Source: Basidiobolus ranarum (taxonomy: Eukaryota). Taken from it: a stretch of DNA of 37,289 bases. Below the pieces are notes generated by a model, which ran no database searches, was not told the DNA's origin, and saw only the letters and a list, made by a program, of their open reading frames with translations. The translations under genes were made by a program, and so were the position numbers. Below are positions 1-12,037 of this stretch, one piece after another (position 1 is the first letter of the stretch; each line of letters begins with the position of its first letter). The stretch covers positions 1-37,289 of the forward strand of contig JASJQH010000053.1 of the NCBI GenBank assembly GCA_040143965.1, in the 5' to 3' direction.

Positions 1-333
1 ATACAGATTTTTCAAACTTGTGCTAGAAGCCCCAAACTTTGCACACTTGTTTCTGGGACCTTTCTTAACATATTTTACATGTTAGTTTGTTTACATCTTG
101 ACAAAACTATAAATGTCAACTCTCCACTGAATAAATCAATAAGTGAAAACCACCAATTTCTCTAAATCACCAGACCACTTCCAACAGCCTCCCATATGCT
201 TTAACATATATGACTATATAGGTGCTTAGGCAATGCTAATTTCAACATTATCTACACACTTGATCAATAAATGAAAACTATCAACTCTTCTAGTTCCTCA
301 AATCACTTTCAACAACTCCCAAAATACTTTAAC
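1..333. mobile_element. Degenerate TIR/MITE-like repeat relic, left copy, truncated by the window start
   Basis: 16-205 aligns in direct orientation with 35669-35860 (acttgtgctagaagccccaaactttgcacacttgtttctgggacc vs acttgtcctagaagtcctatactttgcacacatgttcctgggacc). 206-247 is the reverse complement of 35557-35598 (39/42 identical). 265-333 is a further diverged copy of 136-205. Confidence 0.6.
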
Positions 334-1142
334 AAATGGTGAAAGAAGATTTTGGATTTTATCTACTGTAGATTTTTATATTGGTAGAAAAATCATATAC
401 TAGAAAGGAATGTCTGTTGCTCATATATATATCAACTAGCTTGCATCTTTCAACTATTTCACCAACTTTTATTTTACTAAAGTATTGAGATGAAACTCAG
501 ATTCCTCACTGTTGGTATACAGTACATGGTTTATTAAATATTCTGCTTAGGTGAGCAATCCCTGCACCATTATGTCACAAGATTTTAAAGAAATTCATTT
601 GCATTTATTTTATTGGCTATATATTGAAGCAGGTAAAATCGGATCTAATAGTATTTAGAGAAATCCAAGTATATTTGGAAAATGAATATTTAAGCTTATA
701 TTCGAATTATATTTAAGGAGAATTTCTTCCACGAGTACAAAATATACGAAAGGTTGGAAACAGTACCGAATAGGATTCAATATTTTCTTCATCATATCCC
801 CATTTTCATTCCCTCACATGCACACCCAGTTAATCACCAACCATCATCATCATCACCATGTAACCAATACCAAGGAAGTAAAGAATCAGGAAAAAAAAGC
901 AGGAATCTAGTGAGACTTGACCAACTATGGACGGGTTGGAATGTAATAGAATATCATCAACCACGTGTACAACATCAATGTCAATTCCCCATAAATTCTA
1001 TCTCGTTTTCAATTTCATTCTTGAATTTAAGATGTTAAAACAAATATCGAGAAACAAACGTGGGTAATTATGGTGAAAAATAATGAAACAATCGTTTGGT
1101 TTTCAATCTCTTCGAGAGACTAAAAATACTACTACAATCAAC

Positions 1143-1165
1143 CGATCAAGCGATCAAGCGATCAA
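1143..1165. repeat. (CGATCAAG)x3 short tandem repeat in the bHLH 3' region
   Basis: Read directly: cgatcaag cgatcaag cgatcaa. Confidence 0.8.
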
Positions 1166-1285
1166 ACAATAAAACAATGGACGTACTCCTAGAGTAAAGC
1201 AGAAGAAATTGTGTACATGGAAAAAATATTGAATAGGGCCAGGGGAGGAGCAGGGATAAGGTAAGGGGGAAGGAGAGAGACGAAG

Positions 1286-2849
1286 CTAATCCGAGCGTCT
1301 ATAGCAAATAAGATTAGATACGGGGGTTAGAGTGTGTATTAGTTGCTCACTAATATTACCTTCGGCCTTGCTTCAGTATAGCAACCTGTTGTCGTAGATC
1401 TTGCACTTCCTGGTTCATTTTATCCTGACCTTCATGTAATTGTCTGATATATTCGATGGCTACATGATAGATATTTAGTGAATCATCCAAATATGGAAAG
1501 AAATTAACCTAATCGTTACATTTGCTTAAAATCTCCCATTTGCTTGTTTTGACGCTCTTTTCAACTGGTATGTTGTCCCTTAATTCATCGAAAAGTTCTT
1601 TCATCTCTTTTCTGCGCTTTCTTTCCGCTAATTTGTGTGATACTTTAAGGGCGGGGGTTCTCGAGTATGGACTAATCTTGTCATCATCAGAGGGTGGTGG
1701 AAACACATACGACGAATGATCCGATTCCCCTGGTCCACCATAACTGCGCTCATTGCCATGATTTTGATGTGGAAGACTAATGACTGGTAATGAAGCTCTT
1801 CTACCCATGAAATGTTCATTACGAAAGGCTGGACGATCGAGAAGACGGTGGTGTGGTAAAGCTCCATCATAACCGGAGGGAGATGATTTCTCAGAATACT
1901 CACTGGAATATCCTTCTATCTCTTCGATCTTTGGGAGTTTTAAGGATCCAGCCGCGGAGCCAATACCATCATTCGTTGTACGTGAAGGCCCCGAAAATCC
2001 TGAAATTTGTGAGGGTAGTGGGGGAAGTGGATCACATAACGAAGAACGTCTTTTAAATGCTGATGCTGGTACATGAACGGGATTGGTATTGAATTCTTTT
2101 CGCTTTAAGCCTGGAGAATCCGTGGAAGAGTAATAACTACCATTTGTACCCTTTTCTGTCTCATCAGACTGACTGTATTTTGCAGTAAAGGAGTTTGAAA
2201 GTGAGGATGGCTGTGGCAACTCGTGTCCAGACCCGTGAGGAAGAGGAAAAGAGTAAGAGGCACCAGGTAGGCCGGCAACAGAATGCCTGCGGTAAGGTAT
2301 ATTACTTTCGTGTAAATCCGCCCCCAAACGAGACAGACTTGAAGCAGGTGGTGGTTCTCTATGATTATCATATCTAGAACTAGCTTCACTATAACTGGAG
2401 TTGGAGCTACGCTCATTATACTCTTGGTGGTTTTGTGAGTACCGAGACTCATTCACAGGCCCATGTCTCTCGCCTGAGTAGTTCATGGCTTCTGGAGGTT
2501 TTGTCAAACTAAAAACTCCTGGTAAAGCTCTATCGCGGGAGGATTCAGTCGTTTTGGAGTTGGTAGTAGTATTAAGGTTGGGATTAGGATACGGCTTGGT
2601 CAGAAATAGATTGTTGGAGTCGAAGCCAAAAGAACCTGAAAATACAGATTAATAAACTGCTCGCTACTGAGATGTACTTTGGAGGGATATAGCATATGAA
2701 ACGACAAAAAAGAATAAAAGCAGTGAAAAATTACCAAAATCGGCGGAATTCTGAGTTGAATTACGGATCTCCGGCTTTGCAAGAGATTGACTGGGATTAG
2801 CAGATTGTGATGAAGTGGACGCGTAGGAAGATTTTAGAGCACTTGACAT
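1286..2849 (-). CDS. bHLH transcription factor, S. pombe Esc1-like
   Basis: Exons 2849-2735, 2635-1520, 1459-1360 and a probable 13-nt last exon 1298-1286 (otherwise stop at 1356). C-terminal SPYSRTPALKVSHKLAERKRRKEMKELFDELRDNIP...KTSKWEILSKSIEYIRQL is a bHLH followed by a short coiled coil. Long Ser/Pro-rich N-terminus. Confidence 0.9.
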
Positions 2850-4482
2850 GAAGGCTGAGTGAACTAAAAAATGACTGAAAGGGAAATTGAGGGGAAGATA
2901 AGTGAGAAAGCGTTAAATGAACAATTTGATAATAGGAATAAATAACAAACAGTCTAGATTAAAGAAGTGGTGGACTAGGAATAGGGTGGGTGGTTCTCTG
3001 AGTAGACCTTTTTTTTTTCTGAGACGAATCAGTGTGTGGGTGTGAACTAATTTATCCACATCTTAATTACGCTTGCACTTGCACCTGTGCTTAGCACTGA
3101 ATTAGATGGTTGCCAGATGGCTGCCCAATTATCGGAAAAGATTACCAAAACGAATTCTCCCTGATACCCAATACCCGATACCCGAGAAGGTTACCACAAA
3201 CCGGTTCCCATACCCTTTCAGAAGAACGGATTACCACGTGCGATAATCGTACTTTATGCGTTCATCTTGAAACTGGTTGATTATATTTTAGGTTTAGCAA
3301 TCACCAAGAGCTGGAAGAGAAGGTGAATGCAGGTGGGCAATGGCATAGTAGAACAATGAAATCAGCGATCTACGCACGCTTAGACTTCTCCAATCAAGTT
3401 TTCTACTTGACTCATCTTTTACCATGTGGTTTTACCGTTACTGCCTACAGGGGCTGAGTGCTTTACCCTAAGTGCTTTACCTCTATTTACCCTGCTCCAC
3501 TGCATAAGTGCCTTACCTCTCGCTTACCTTTGCACGCACCCCTTGACTATTAACATTGTTGTGCATCATGATCATGCATTCCTTCGATTGCGGCATCTTC
3601 CGCTCCATTCTCCACCAGTTGCCTATTTCGTGGTTTAATTTCATTAATAAACACTCAGACCATTATTTCTACATGTGTTGTTGATCGGAACAATGGCACT
3701 GCATTGGGGATTAGCCATATATTAGTTTCATTATGATTATCGATTATTCATTGATCTTCAGATGTCCATACTTTACCTTTGGTTCGTTCTGTCTTGCAGA
3801 GTTCATACATGGTATGACTTTTGAATGAAAGGGCGAAGGTAAAGCAAAGTTACTAGATATACAGCTAACTAGCTTATATAAATGACTCAAATCTAGGAGT
3901 AGTGATAATAGTGACATTGCTAAGCAGATAAAGATATGTACAAGAGATTATAGTTCCTTTTGGATAGCTCTCCTCTACTTCATGATGAGTGAAGTTGATA
4001 GACACTTTCCCAACTGGTAACAGCAACAAGAGAGCTGAACTGATCTTAAGGTGGCTCTTGGGTGAATATTACTGTGATATCAATATAACCTAGATGTAGC
4101 TCAAAATATGATGAAGCTATTGAATGAATATATATGTTGTTCAAAAGCTATAATTATGAGCAAAGAATTCGATTATTTTGTTATGATTTTCTCATTTCTG
4201 ATTTTAGTAGCATCTTTAGCGGAATACTTCAATGTTCAATATGAAATTGGTACCATAGGAATCAAATTCACAATGAGTAATCTAATCACTAGTTTCAATT
4301 ACTTGTCCCATTTATTTCATAAAACGTGGATACTGAATATGACTGAAATGGTTCCAATAAGATAATGAAGGAGAAGGTAATAGAATCCAAAGGATTATTT
4401 CCTCTGACTAAAATAAGTCCATGGTATGCAGTTTTTACTATTGTATAGAGTGTAGGTTGTGAGGAAGTAGATGTTTAGTTAG

Positions 4483-4941
4483 TTACACTTTGGGTGTAGC
4501 AAGTGATTCTACCAAAGTTTGAAGTTGTTTCTCAATTTCTCCCGAGGGAAGGTTATTCACCGATAATTTCTTCTCTTCACCCAAACCTAAAACAAGTAAG
4601 CTTTTAACTTTGGATATTCATTGGGTTCGAAAGGAATAATAGTTACCATAACGTGCGAATATACGCGCCTCAGAACCATTGGCTTCACGAATAAGGATGG
4701 GAAGTTTGGGGTTGGCTTCCTTTAAACTGGGGTAACTTTTGGCAACATACTCTCTAAAATCAATGGTTTCAAACGTTAGGTGGAGAAAGGTATGAAATAT
4801 CTCTATATGTATCTTTGTTGATATCTGTATAGGTGAAAGTCTCTAATTTTCTCACCTCAATCCATTACTAGCTGGTGAAGTTTGGCAAAAATGAATGCGA
4901 AGTTCTTTCACTTGCTTAGAAAGTTGACTTTTCCAGGACAT
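4483..4941 (-). CDS. NDUFA2: NADH:ubiquinone oxidoreductase subunit A2 (CI-B8, L51/S25/CI-B8 domain)
   Basis: Exons 4941-4856, 4753-4647, 4586-4483 give MSWKSQLSKQVKELRIHFCQTSPASNGLREYVAKSYPSLKEANPKLPILIREANGSEARIFARYGLGEEKKLSVNNL..., the typical B8 sequence. Confidence 0.93.
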
Positions 4942-5041
4942 TTTGGTTTGGTTTTGGTCGAAAGGAGAAACACTTGTATGCTCAAGAAAAATTACTAAAT
5001 CATTTTCATTTTCTAAATATGCGCATATTACTGGGGAAATG

Positions 5042-5098
5042 ATCACGTGATAGTGGAATTCAATCCCTAACCCTGACCCTAAATCTTAGCCCTAACCT
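5042..5098. promoter_or_regulatory. Palindromic E-box ATCACGTGAT plus telomere-like CCCTAA cluster upstream of NDUFA2
   Basis: ATCACGTGAT at 5042-5051. CCCTAA/CCCTGA/CCCTAA at 5065-5082 and CCCTAA at 5090-5095, about 100-150 bp upstream of the ATG at 4941. Function is inferred. Confidence 0.5.
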
Positions 5099-5231
5099 TT
5101 CTCTTTCTCTTACAGCCAAATGATACAATTCAATACATGCATGCTTATAGATGGTTTCAAATGAGGATTATTTCACAAATAGATATGGCTTACGCCTGTT
5201 ACATGATGAGGTGATTGATTTGAGTTAGTGG

Positions 5232-6682
5232 TTATAGGAAGTATTCGACCTCCTTTTGCTTTTGATGTATACTGTTTGGTCGTTCGGACATTGGGGCAGC
5301 ATCGAACACATTAAAATACCGCTCAAGGTTTGAGCCAACCTCTAGAATACTGGCCATATTGCCACATCTATAGCAATAGTTAGGAGCTGACCATACAGTG
5401 GATAGCCTGTCATCGTAGAGCACCTGTTACGGTGTTGTTAGTTCATTTTGTTTTGTCTTCGTAACGGGACTTCAATGGAGGCCTACCTGATATCCTTCCA
5501 TGCATAATTGATGGGCTCGTAGTATGTGGGTCATATCATTCAAGTGTAGGAATCTCTTGACTACATCAGCTCCAAATGTATACCCGGCACCCCTAGGAAT
5601 AGAGCGTCAATCACTCGCACTGTGAGCCAATACATGAGTGGCACTTACCGTGGTGACAATGAAAAGTCGTCTTTATCCACGTCAGGATCCGACCACATCA
5701 GATCAGCCATAGGGCCTTCATGTGGGATTTCTTCATCAAGATAGTTAGAGAAGGAAAAGGTTTAGAACTAGGGTTATCCAAGATTTACCTCGGTATCTAT
5801 CTATCACTTTGATTTGATCAATGGTATGAATGGATGGCGAAAGACCTAAAGACTGAAGTTCACTAAACTGAACATTGAGCATGTTTCCATTCGACTATCT
5901 TTACCTCCATGAACGCAAAAAATGCTGTCATCTATCACCACCGATAACGTCAAAAAATCAAACATGTCCGTAAAATATTTCCAAACTGATGTCGATCCAT
6001 ATTTACGTGCACATTCTGCATAAAATCCATATGTCTGTGTTTGAGTAGGGAGATGGTTAATGTTAGTGAAGTGAAAACCTCTTTTAGATTGTGTATGGGT
6101 GAATGGGTGTGTTTATATACCTGGGTCACAGCTCTTGATTCATGGTTACCTCGAATCAAATGTACTCGATTGGGGTATCTCAATTTTAAGCAAGTTAGTA
6201 AGGATATAGTTTCTACACTATAGTAGCCACGATCAACGTAATCTCCTATTATTTCAAAGACATTAGCGTTCAGATATGCACGAAGAGGATGCAGAAAGAT
6301 GTACCCAAAAAAAGATAGTTGGTATCCGGACAATACCCTCCGATTTTAAAGATCTCTAACAAGTCGCAAAATTGTCTGTATTAATGGAAGAAAAATCAAA
6401 TAAGTCTTGTAATTCGGATCTACGTAAAAATAAAAGAAGGAAATCCGAAAGGTTTTATTCTAACTATTACTATATGAAGTGGTAAGTAGTAAATATGAAC
6501 GCCAAGTAAAGGGAAATTTACCCATGAATGTCCCCTACAACTGTCACTGGAGTTTTGATGTGTACCACATTACTCTCTCTTAATAGTAACTCTTTGGTCT
6601 TCTCGCATATCTCTTTCACTACAGATTCAACAAGTACCTGTCTTTTAATTAAACGTTCGATACATTCATCTAGATCAAACAT
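5232..6682 (-). CDS. PPG1: Ser/Thr protein phosphatase, PP2A-like catalytic subunit (Ppg1 type)
   Basis: About 8 exons. Starts [54 protein letters not shown], contains GDYVDRG, RGNHES, WSDP, RAHQL and [11 protein letters not shown], and ends in YFL. The N-terminus resembles yeast Ppg1 most. Confidence 0.9.
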
Positions 6683-6790
6683 TGTGAGAAGTGTTCTAAT
6701 GGTAAGAGGCAGCCACCGTCACGTATTAAGCGGTTACAATATCAGGATTAGGATTATTATTAAGTTGGATGTTTAAGTCATATCCAATGC

Positions 6791-6875
6791 AGATATTTTA
6801 TGTTTAAGCCAGATGTTCTATGTTGAAGTCGGATATTTTATGTTTAAGCCAGATATTTAATCCAGATATTTTATT
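6791..6875. repeat. 20-bp minisatellite between MRPL1 and PPG1
   Basis: agatattttatgtttaagcc / agatgttctatgttgaagtc / ggatattttatgtttaagcc / agatatttaatcc / agatattttatt. Confidence 0.8.
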
Positions 6876-6976
6876 TCAAGGAAAGACGATTTATGATGCA
6901 ATAGGATGCAATGAAATGAGAAAAATGAAGAACTTCCTCACGAATGAATGAACAGAAAGGAGAGGGGAATGATTTT

Positions 6977-8068
6977 CTAAACATCTGACAAAGGAAGGGC
7001 AGGTCCAATACTGGAGCAAACGTGAACTTTCTGAATGAATCCTTTCTTGACTGTTTTACCAATTAGACGCACTTCTTTCATGAATGCACGGATGTTGTTC
7101 TCGACTTCTTCATCAGACCATCCTGCCTACAATTCGATATTCTGGTTAATTGGGTGTGGCATGGGAGGCACCATCAAACAATTTACTTACCCTGCCAATG
7201 GCTGTATGGATCACACCACGACTGTCGGCCATGAAATCAAAGACATCTTTGGATCCTCTGATGGCAACGCCTACCTCATCAGTTACGGTACCTTTCTTAA
7301 CGGTAGGCATTAAACCCTTTGGACCAAGGATACGAGCAATCTTGGTGACTTGTGGGAACAGAGCGGGGGTAGAAATACATTTATCAAATTGCAATTTTCC
7401 TTCTTGAATCTATATTAAACTGGATTAACCGACTGTTTCTCCTCTCCATTACCAATTAAACCATTACCTGAGGAATGAGTTCAGCACCACCAACAATCTG
7501 TGCTCCAGCAGCAATAGCTTCTTGTGCTGCTTTACCCTTTAGAAATGAAAATTTCTTCGGTTAATATCGTCTCCAATTTGGTGCTTTAACTGTTTAACTT
7601 ACTTCAGCGAACACCAACATGATAGTCTCTTTTTTCAGTCCTTTGGGAAGTTGAAGGGATCCCTTGATGTGAGAAATAGTCTTATCTTTGAGACACTTGA
7701 CGTGTAATTCCAAAGCATGGTGAGGTTTACCAACTGCTAAAGCCTATATAGGTTGAATGTTTAATTTTCATTTCTAATGGACTTGAACCGAATCGTATAT
7801 CAACCTTAATGAGAGGGATAGCCTTGGCAAGTGGGAGAGCATTAGGATTTTCTCCAGCTTTGCTGTTCTTCTTCTTCTTGACGTGATATTCACGGGTTGA
7901 TACCTTGTTTTTGAAATAAAGTTCAGAATAAGTGGGAAAAATGCAAAGTTGTATCCTCTCCAAAATAAATACCTGACTAAAAACTGGAACAGAGAGTACT
8001 CTAGGAGTAAAACTCTGTAAACGAAGAGCAGGTAGTGCAGAGTTAACGAGTAAGGTTCTTCCCAACAT
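6977..8068 (-). CDS. MRPL1: Mitochondrial ribosomal protein uL1m
   Basis: Multi-exon. Arg/Ser/Leu-rich targeting-like N-terminus (MLGRTLLVNSALPALRLQSF), then IKGSLQLPKG, VFAE-GKAAQEAIAAGAQIVGG, FDKCISTP, ARILGPKGLMPTVKKGTV, and a last exon ending KVHVCSSIGPALPLSDV* (TAG 6979-6977). Confidence 0.92.
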
Positions 8069-8459
8069 GATAAAACGAGTAAAGTAAGTTCTAAGAGGGC
8101 TAGTTAATATTCACCAGATACCTAGCAACTACTACTTCGTGGTAAAACAAAAAAATCTTTTAGTTAGACTCACTTGATAGATATGAACCCAAGTAAAAAA
8201 CTGGGAAAAATCATCGAGTTTAATCTGATTATTTTTTAATCAATTCCATATTTTCTATTTCATGTTTGATAATTTTGGTATTGTGAATTGGGATTTTTTT
8301 CCTGGTTATATCACGTGAAGATCTTAGGTTAGTATGGAAATATACTGCATTGGAGTGTATATACATTATACCACCTGTCGAAATAAACAAATATTCAAAT
8401 AGACCAAGTATTGCTGTACGCCTATCAAGCTACTTGACCAACATAATAGCGGTAAAGTC

Positions 8460-11400
8460 ATGTGTAAGTTACACTTTTGACAAGTGAATTCATTGAGTTT
8501 TTTTTACAACAACTTACGACTAACGTGTATCTTTCCTTTCCTCTCAATCTACTTTATCCTTTCCTTTTTAAACCGGTTTAGCCACAACACAAGCACCTGA
8601 AGATTGGTTAGCCTTGTTGGGCGACCATCCAATATTTTCACTAAATAACCAAGAGTTGAAGGTTTGGGAGAGAGAACAGAAAAAGTGAGATTTAGAAAAA
8701 GGAGAAAAGAAATGAGGAATATTTAAGAGCTCTTTAGTAACACGAGATATTCTTTTCAACTTAGGTTACAGGAGAAAGTTTCAGGCCGAACAAGTCAAGC
8801 GCGCATTGTAGTTAGAGAGAGTGATCTTTTTGTAGCAGTTGATAGTACCATACGTGTTTTAAATCTTAAAGAATGCAAGGATTATTTTTTAAAGTTAAAA
8901 AGTCAAACGAAAGCCTCCAAACTCGTCGAACCTTCTTATAAAGTAGGAAGAAAAGAATCGATTTACTATTGTTCCTGTTTAGTCCTTTTGACTTACTTTT
9001 TCGATTTAGATCCTGGATGTGGAGGCAATCCCCTTTCCTATTCAAAAACTCGTTATTAACGGTAATGGTAAACTTATGACTGTGGTTGGTGCCCACAGTG
9101 TTATGGTTTTAACCCTACCTAGACCCGGATATTATCGTATCAAGAGTCAAAAAATCCCTTGCAGGTATTTAGATTAACAACTATGAACGAATATTGGTTA
9201 TTTGCCAATGCTAACGTACTCCTTAGATTGATGAATATCGGATCTTATTATCACCGCAATACCAATTCCTCACCAATAGTTAAAACTATGTGGCACCCAT
9301 TGAGTGAAGGAAGCTCACATCTTATGGTATTAACCAAAGACGGAATCTTAAGGTTTAAATAATTCCCTTTTAGTTGCAATGCATTCAACCTGGTACTGAA
9401 CCAATTCCACTATCATTAGAATGTATGACATTGCTAGCGATATTGAAGAACCAGAGCAGACATTTGATTTTACCCGAAGCGACATCTCTGGCGTATTCTC
9501 AGGAGGAAACACATTCAGTGCAGAGAGCGATGGTAAAGAGGCAGTTTCCTTCTGCTTTGGGTCACCAAAGAAAGATTGGGGACCATTCACGGTTTACGTT
9601 TTGATGAAGAATGGAGATATTTACTCATTATGTCCAGTGATGCCCAAAACTAGGTAGGTGTTCTATTTATTCAGAAGCACATCTACAATCTTTTTTAATC
9701 TATTACCATCTAGTGTTTGTTCCAAGGGCCTTCTATCGAATTTATTGGCATTGGTTCAAGCTCAACAAATCCCGGAATTCCTGAATCGTAGCGTTTTTAC
9801 TGACGATGTGGAAATCACTCAAGAATCATTACAGAGTCATTGGATCAATGAAGTTGTCAACAATGCCAAACTACTCAATACCAATGTTCTGGCATTTGGT
9901 ACCGAGGGCCAGGATTTAGAAGAAGAACATGTTCACATCTCCCAACCAAACTCGGTACGCGCACAACCTTTCGTCCAGGGGCCCTACTTATTGCAGCCAG
10001 CACCGGTAGAGATATCAGGGGATGATGTTGAGGCTTCGGATATCTTATATATGGATGCTGATCCAGTCGGAATCCTGGCCATTGCCTTTGGGGATGGAAA
10101 AATCGATATTTGTCTGGAAGTAGAGCCAGTCGTAGCACAGTGGGATGTAGGACAAGACGTAAGTATGCTTGTTCAAATGTGCCATTATCCACCCATCTGA
10201 TATCACTAACTCGCTCTCTTTAGTTGGTGGAAGATGAGAATCTTCCTGTGCTTGCCGTGTACGAAACAATTAACTTGGGATTGATTGAAACATTCGGTGA
10301 AAACGAGGTCCAGGACAACTTATCAATGTCCATACAAAACTACTCTTCCTTGGTTCTAGATCCGGTTTACCCAGACACATTTTACTGCTATCACGAGGCT
10401 GGTGTGCATAGTATTGTCACTAGAACTTGGCAAAGAGATCTTCAGAAAGCAGTTCAAAGCAACGTCGAAACCGGAATCTCTCAATTCCTAAAGAAGAATA
10501 TCCCATCGGACGTCTATTGGATCGTGAACACTCGTCCATTGAAATCAAGGTAAATAATGGTGATCGACCCTAATCCCTTTTCATCCCATTTTCTAATCGT
10601 GATTGTGTAGTCAACCCGCTCCTATCGTTGGACTAGCGGTTGTTAGTGATGTTTATTTGTCCTATTCTTTATTGATCATGACGTCATCGTTCCAATTTAT
10701 CGGAACCGAGTTGTCACTTCGAGTACAGATCCCTTCGATATCCACCCATTTGAAGGAGAGCGAGAGCTCAGAAGGGGCCTCATACATCCCATTGCTTCCA
10801 CTTCCTACCTATACACCCCCTGAAAAGTTGGAACAATTCCAGGGACTTACACGTCAACCACGAATCGTCCTGCCACCTAACCACAAGGGAAAGCAGCTCA
10901 AGATGGACGAGGAAAGTTTACGATTCTTGGGACAGATGGTAGAGAGATTGAGAGATGATGCTCATGTTGTGGTAAACGCACACAACTCCATATGCCAAAG
11001 GTAAATTGGTTTAGTAATCTTAGGTGATAAACATATGGATGTATACTCATTTGCTTTTCTAGAATTAACTTGCAAATCAAAGAGTTCAACCGACAATTGG
11101 CCAAACTCTCGGAAGTGTCGAAAGTTGTACATGGAGAGTTGAGAGAGAAAGAAGAGCAAGTCGATCAGAAAGTAGACAAATTAAGAGATAACCAGAAGAA
11201 GCTTACTTTACGAATGGACACGTTGTTGCAGTCACTAATCGATCAGCATGAGCCTACATTAAGTCAATATGAAACGAAATATTTCGGTGAACTCAAATCA
11301 ATCGAACACAAATTACGAGGACCTTCAGGTTATGAGAGTAGAATGCACAAGGTAATATACACTCTTCTTAGTAAGATCAATCCTAGTTAGCCTCTGACCT

Positions 11401-11700
11401 TTCGTTTCTAGATCACCACACAGTTGGATCAACTCAAACGTGATCTACAGGCCAAAGCAACCAAACTCAATCCCTCCCGATTCAGTACAGCACCCAAATA
11501 CTTGAGTGAGGCCCAGCTCAGCAAGATTCATCAAGCGCTAGCACAAGAGTTAGTATCTAACATTCATTTGACAAAAGCCCGTATTAACCTTTCCTCTTCT
11601 TTTTCATATCTATTTTCCCACTCATAGGACCAAGCTCATCACGGCAACATGTGAAAAGATCGACACCCTAGAATCTAGAATCGCGAAAATGGCTATATAA
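8460..11700 (+). CDS. NUP82: Nucleoporin Nup82/Nup88
   Basis: ATG-T at 8460-8463, then a GTAAGT intron to 8581. MSTTQAPEDWLALLGDHPIF..., WHPLSEGSSHLMVLTKDGILRMYD, WGPFTVYVLMKNGDIYSLCPVMP (beta-propeller), then a C-terminal coiled coil. TAA at 11698-11700. Confidence 0.88.
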
Positions 11701-11922
11701 CCATTCGGCTTCAAACCCTCTGTCTGTTTACAATCTAGCGAGCCCTTTCAACCCTTTCAAAATTTAATAAATAGTTATTGGAACATCACGTGTTTGGCAC
11801 ATATCAATTAAGTGTAGCACAATGGTTTAAAATAGTGTTATTTCTGCGTGCATCATTTGCTATGTCAATGAAGATGTGGGAAACTGACCCATTGAAATAG
11901 ATGTACTCTACTCTAAATCGAT

Positions 11923-11946
11923 GGGGAGGGGAAGGGAAGGGAAGGG
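11923..11946 (+). repeat. G-tract/(GGGAA)n run between the convergent NUP82 and kinesin 3' ends; potential G-quadruplex
   Basis: ggggaggggaagggaagggaaggg has five G3+ tracts with 1-2 nt loops. Confidence 0.55.
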
Positions 11947-12037
11947 ATGTAGAGGGAGAAATTGTGCATAGTAATTATGTTTAAAGATTTGTTGCTTCAA
12001 TATATGTGGTAAATGTAGAGATTCATTATTGATTAAG

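Noticed and set aside
754..1038. 94-aa ORF as a gene
   Set aside because: Non-ATG start, low complexity, antisense to the bHLH 3' region, no recognisable domain.
3982..4043. C/D-box snoRNA (ATGATGA ... CTGA)
   Set aside because: Short, no proper terminal stem around the boxes, and no convincing rRNA complement; could arise by chance.
3426..4365. ORFs 3426-3638 and 4108-4365
   Set aside because: Products of pyrimidine-rich repeats or AT-rich DNA with no motifs.
5065..5095. Telomere or chromosome-fusion site
   Set aside because: Only four imperfect units inside a promoter; better read as telobox-like motifs.
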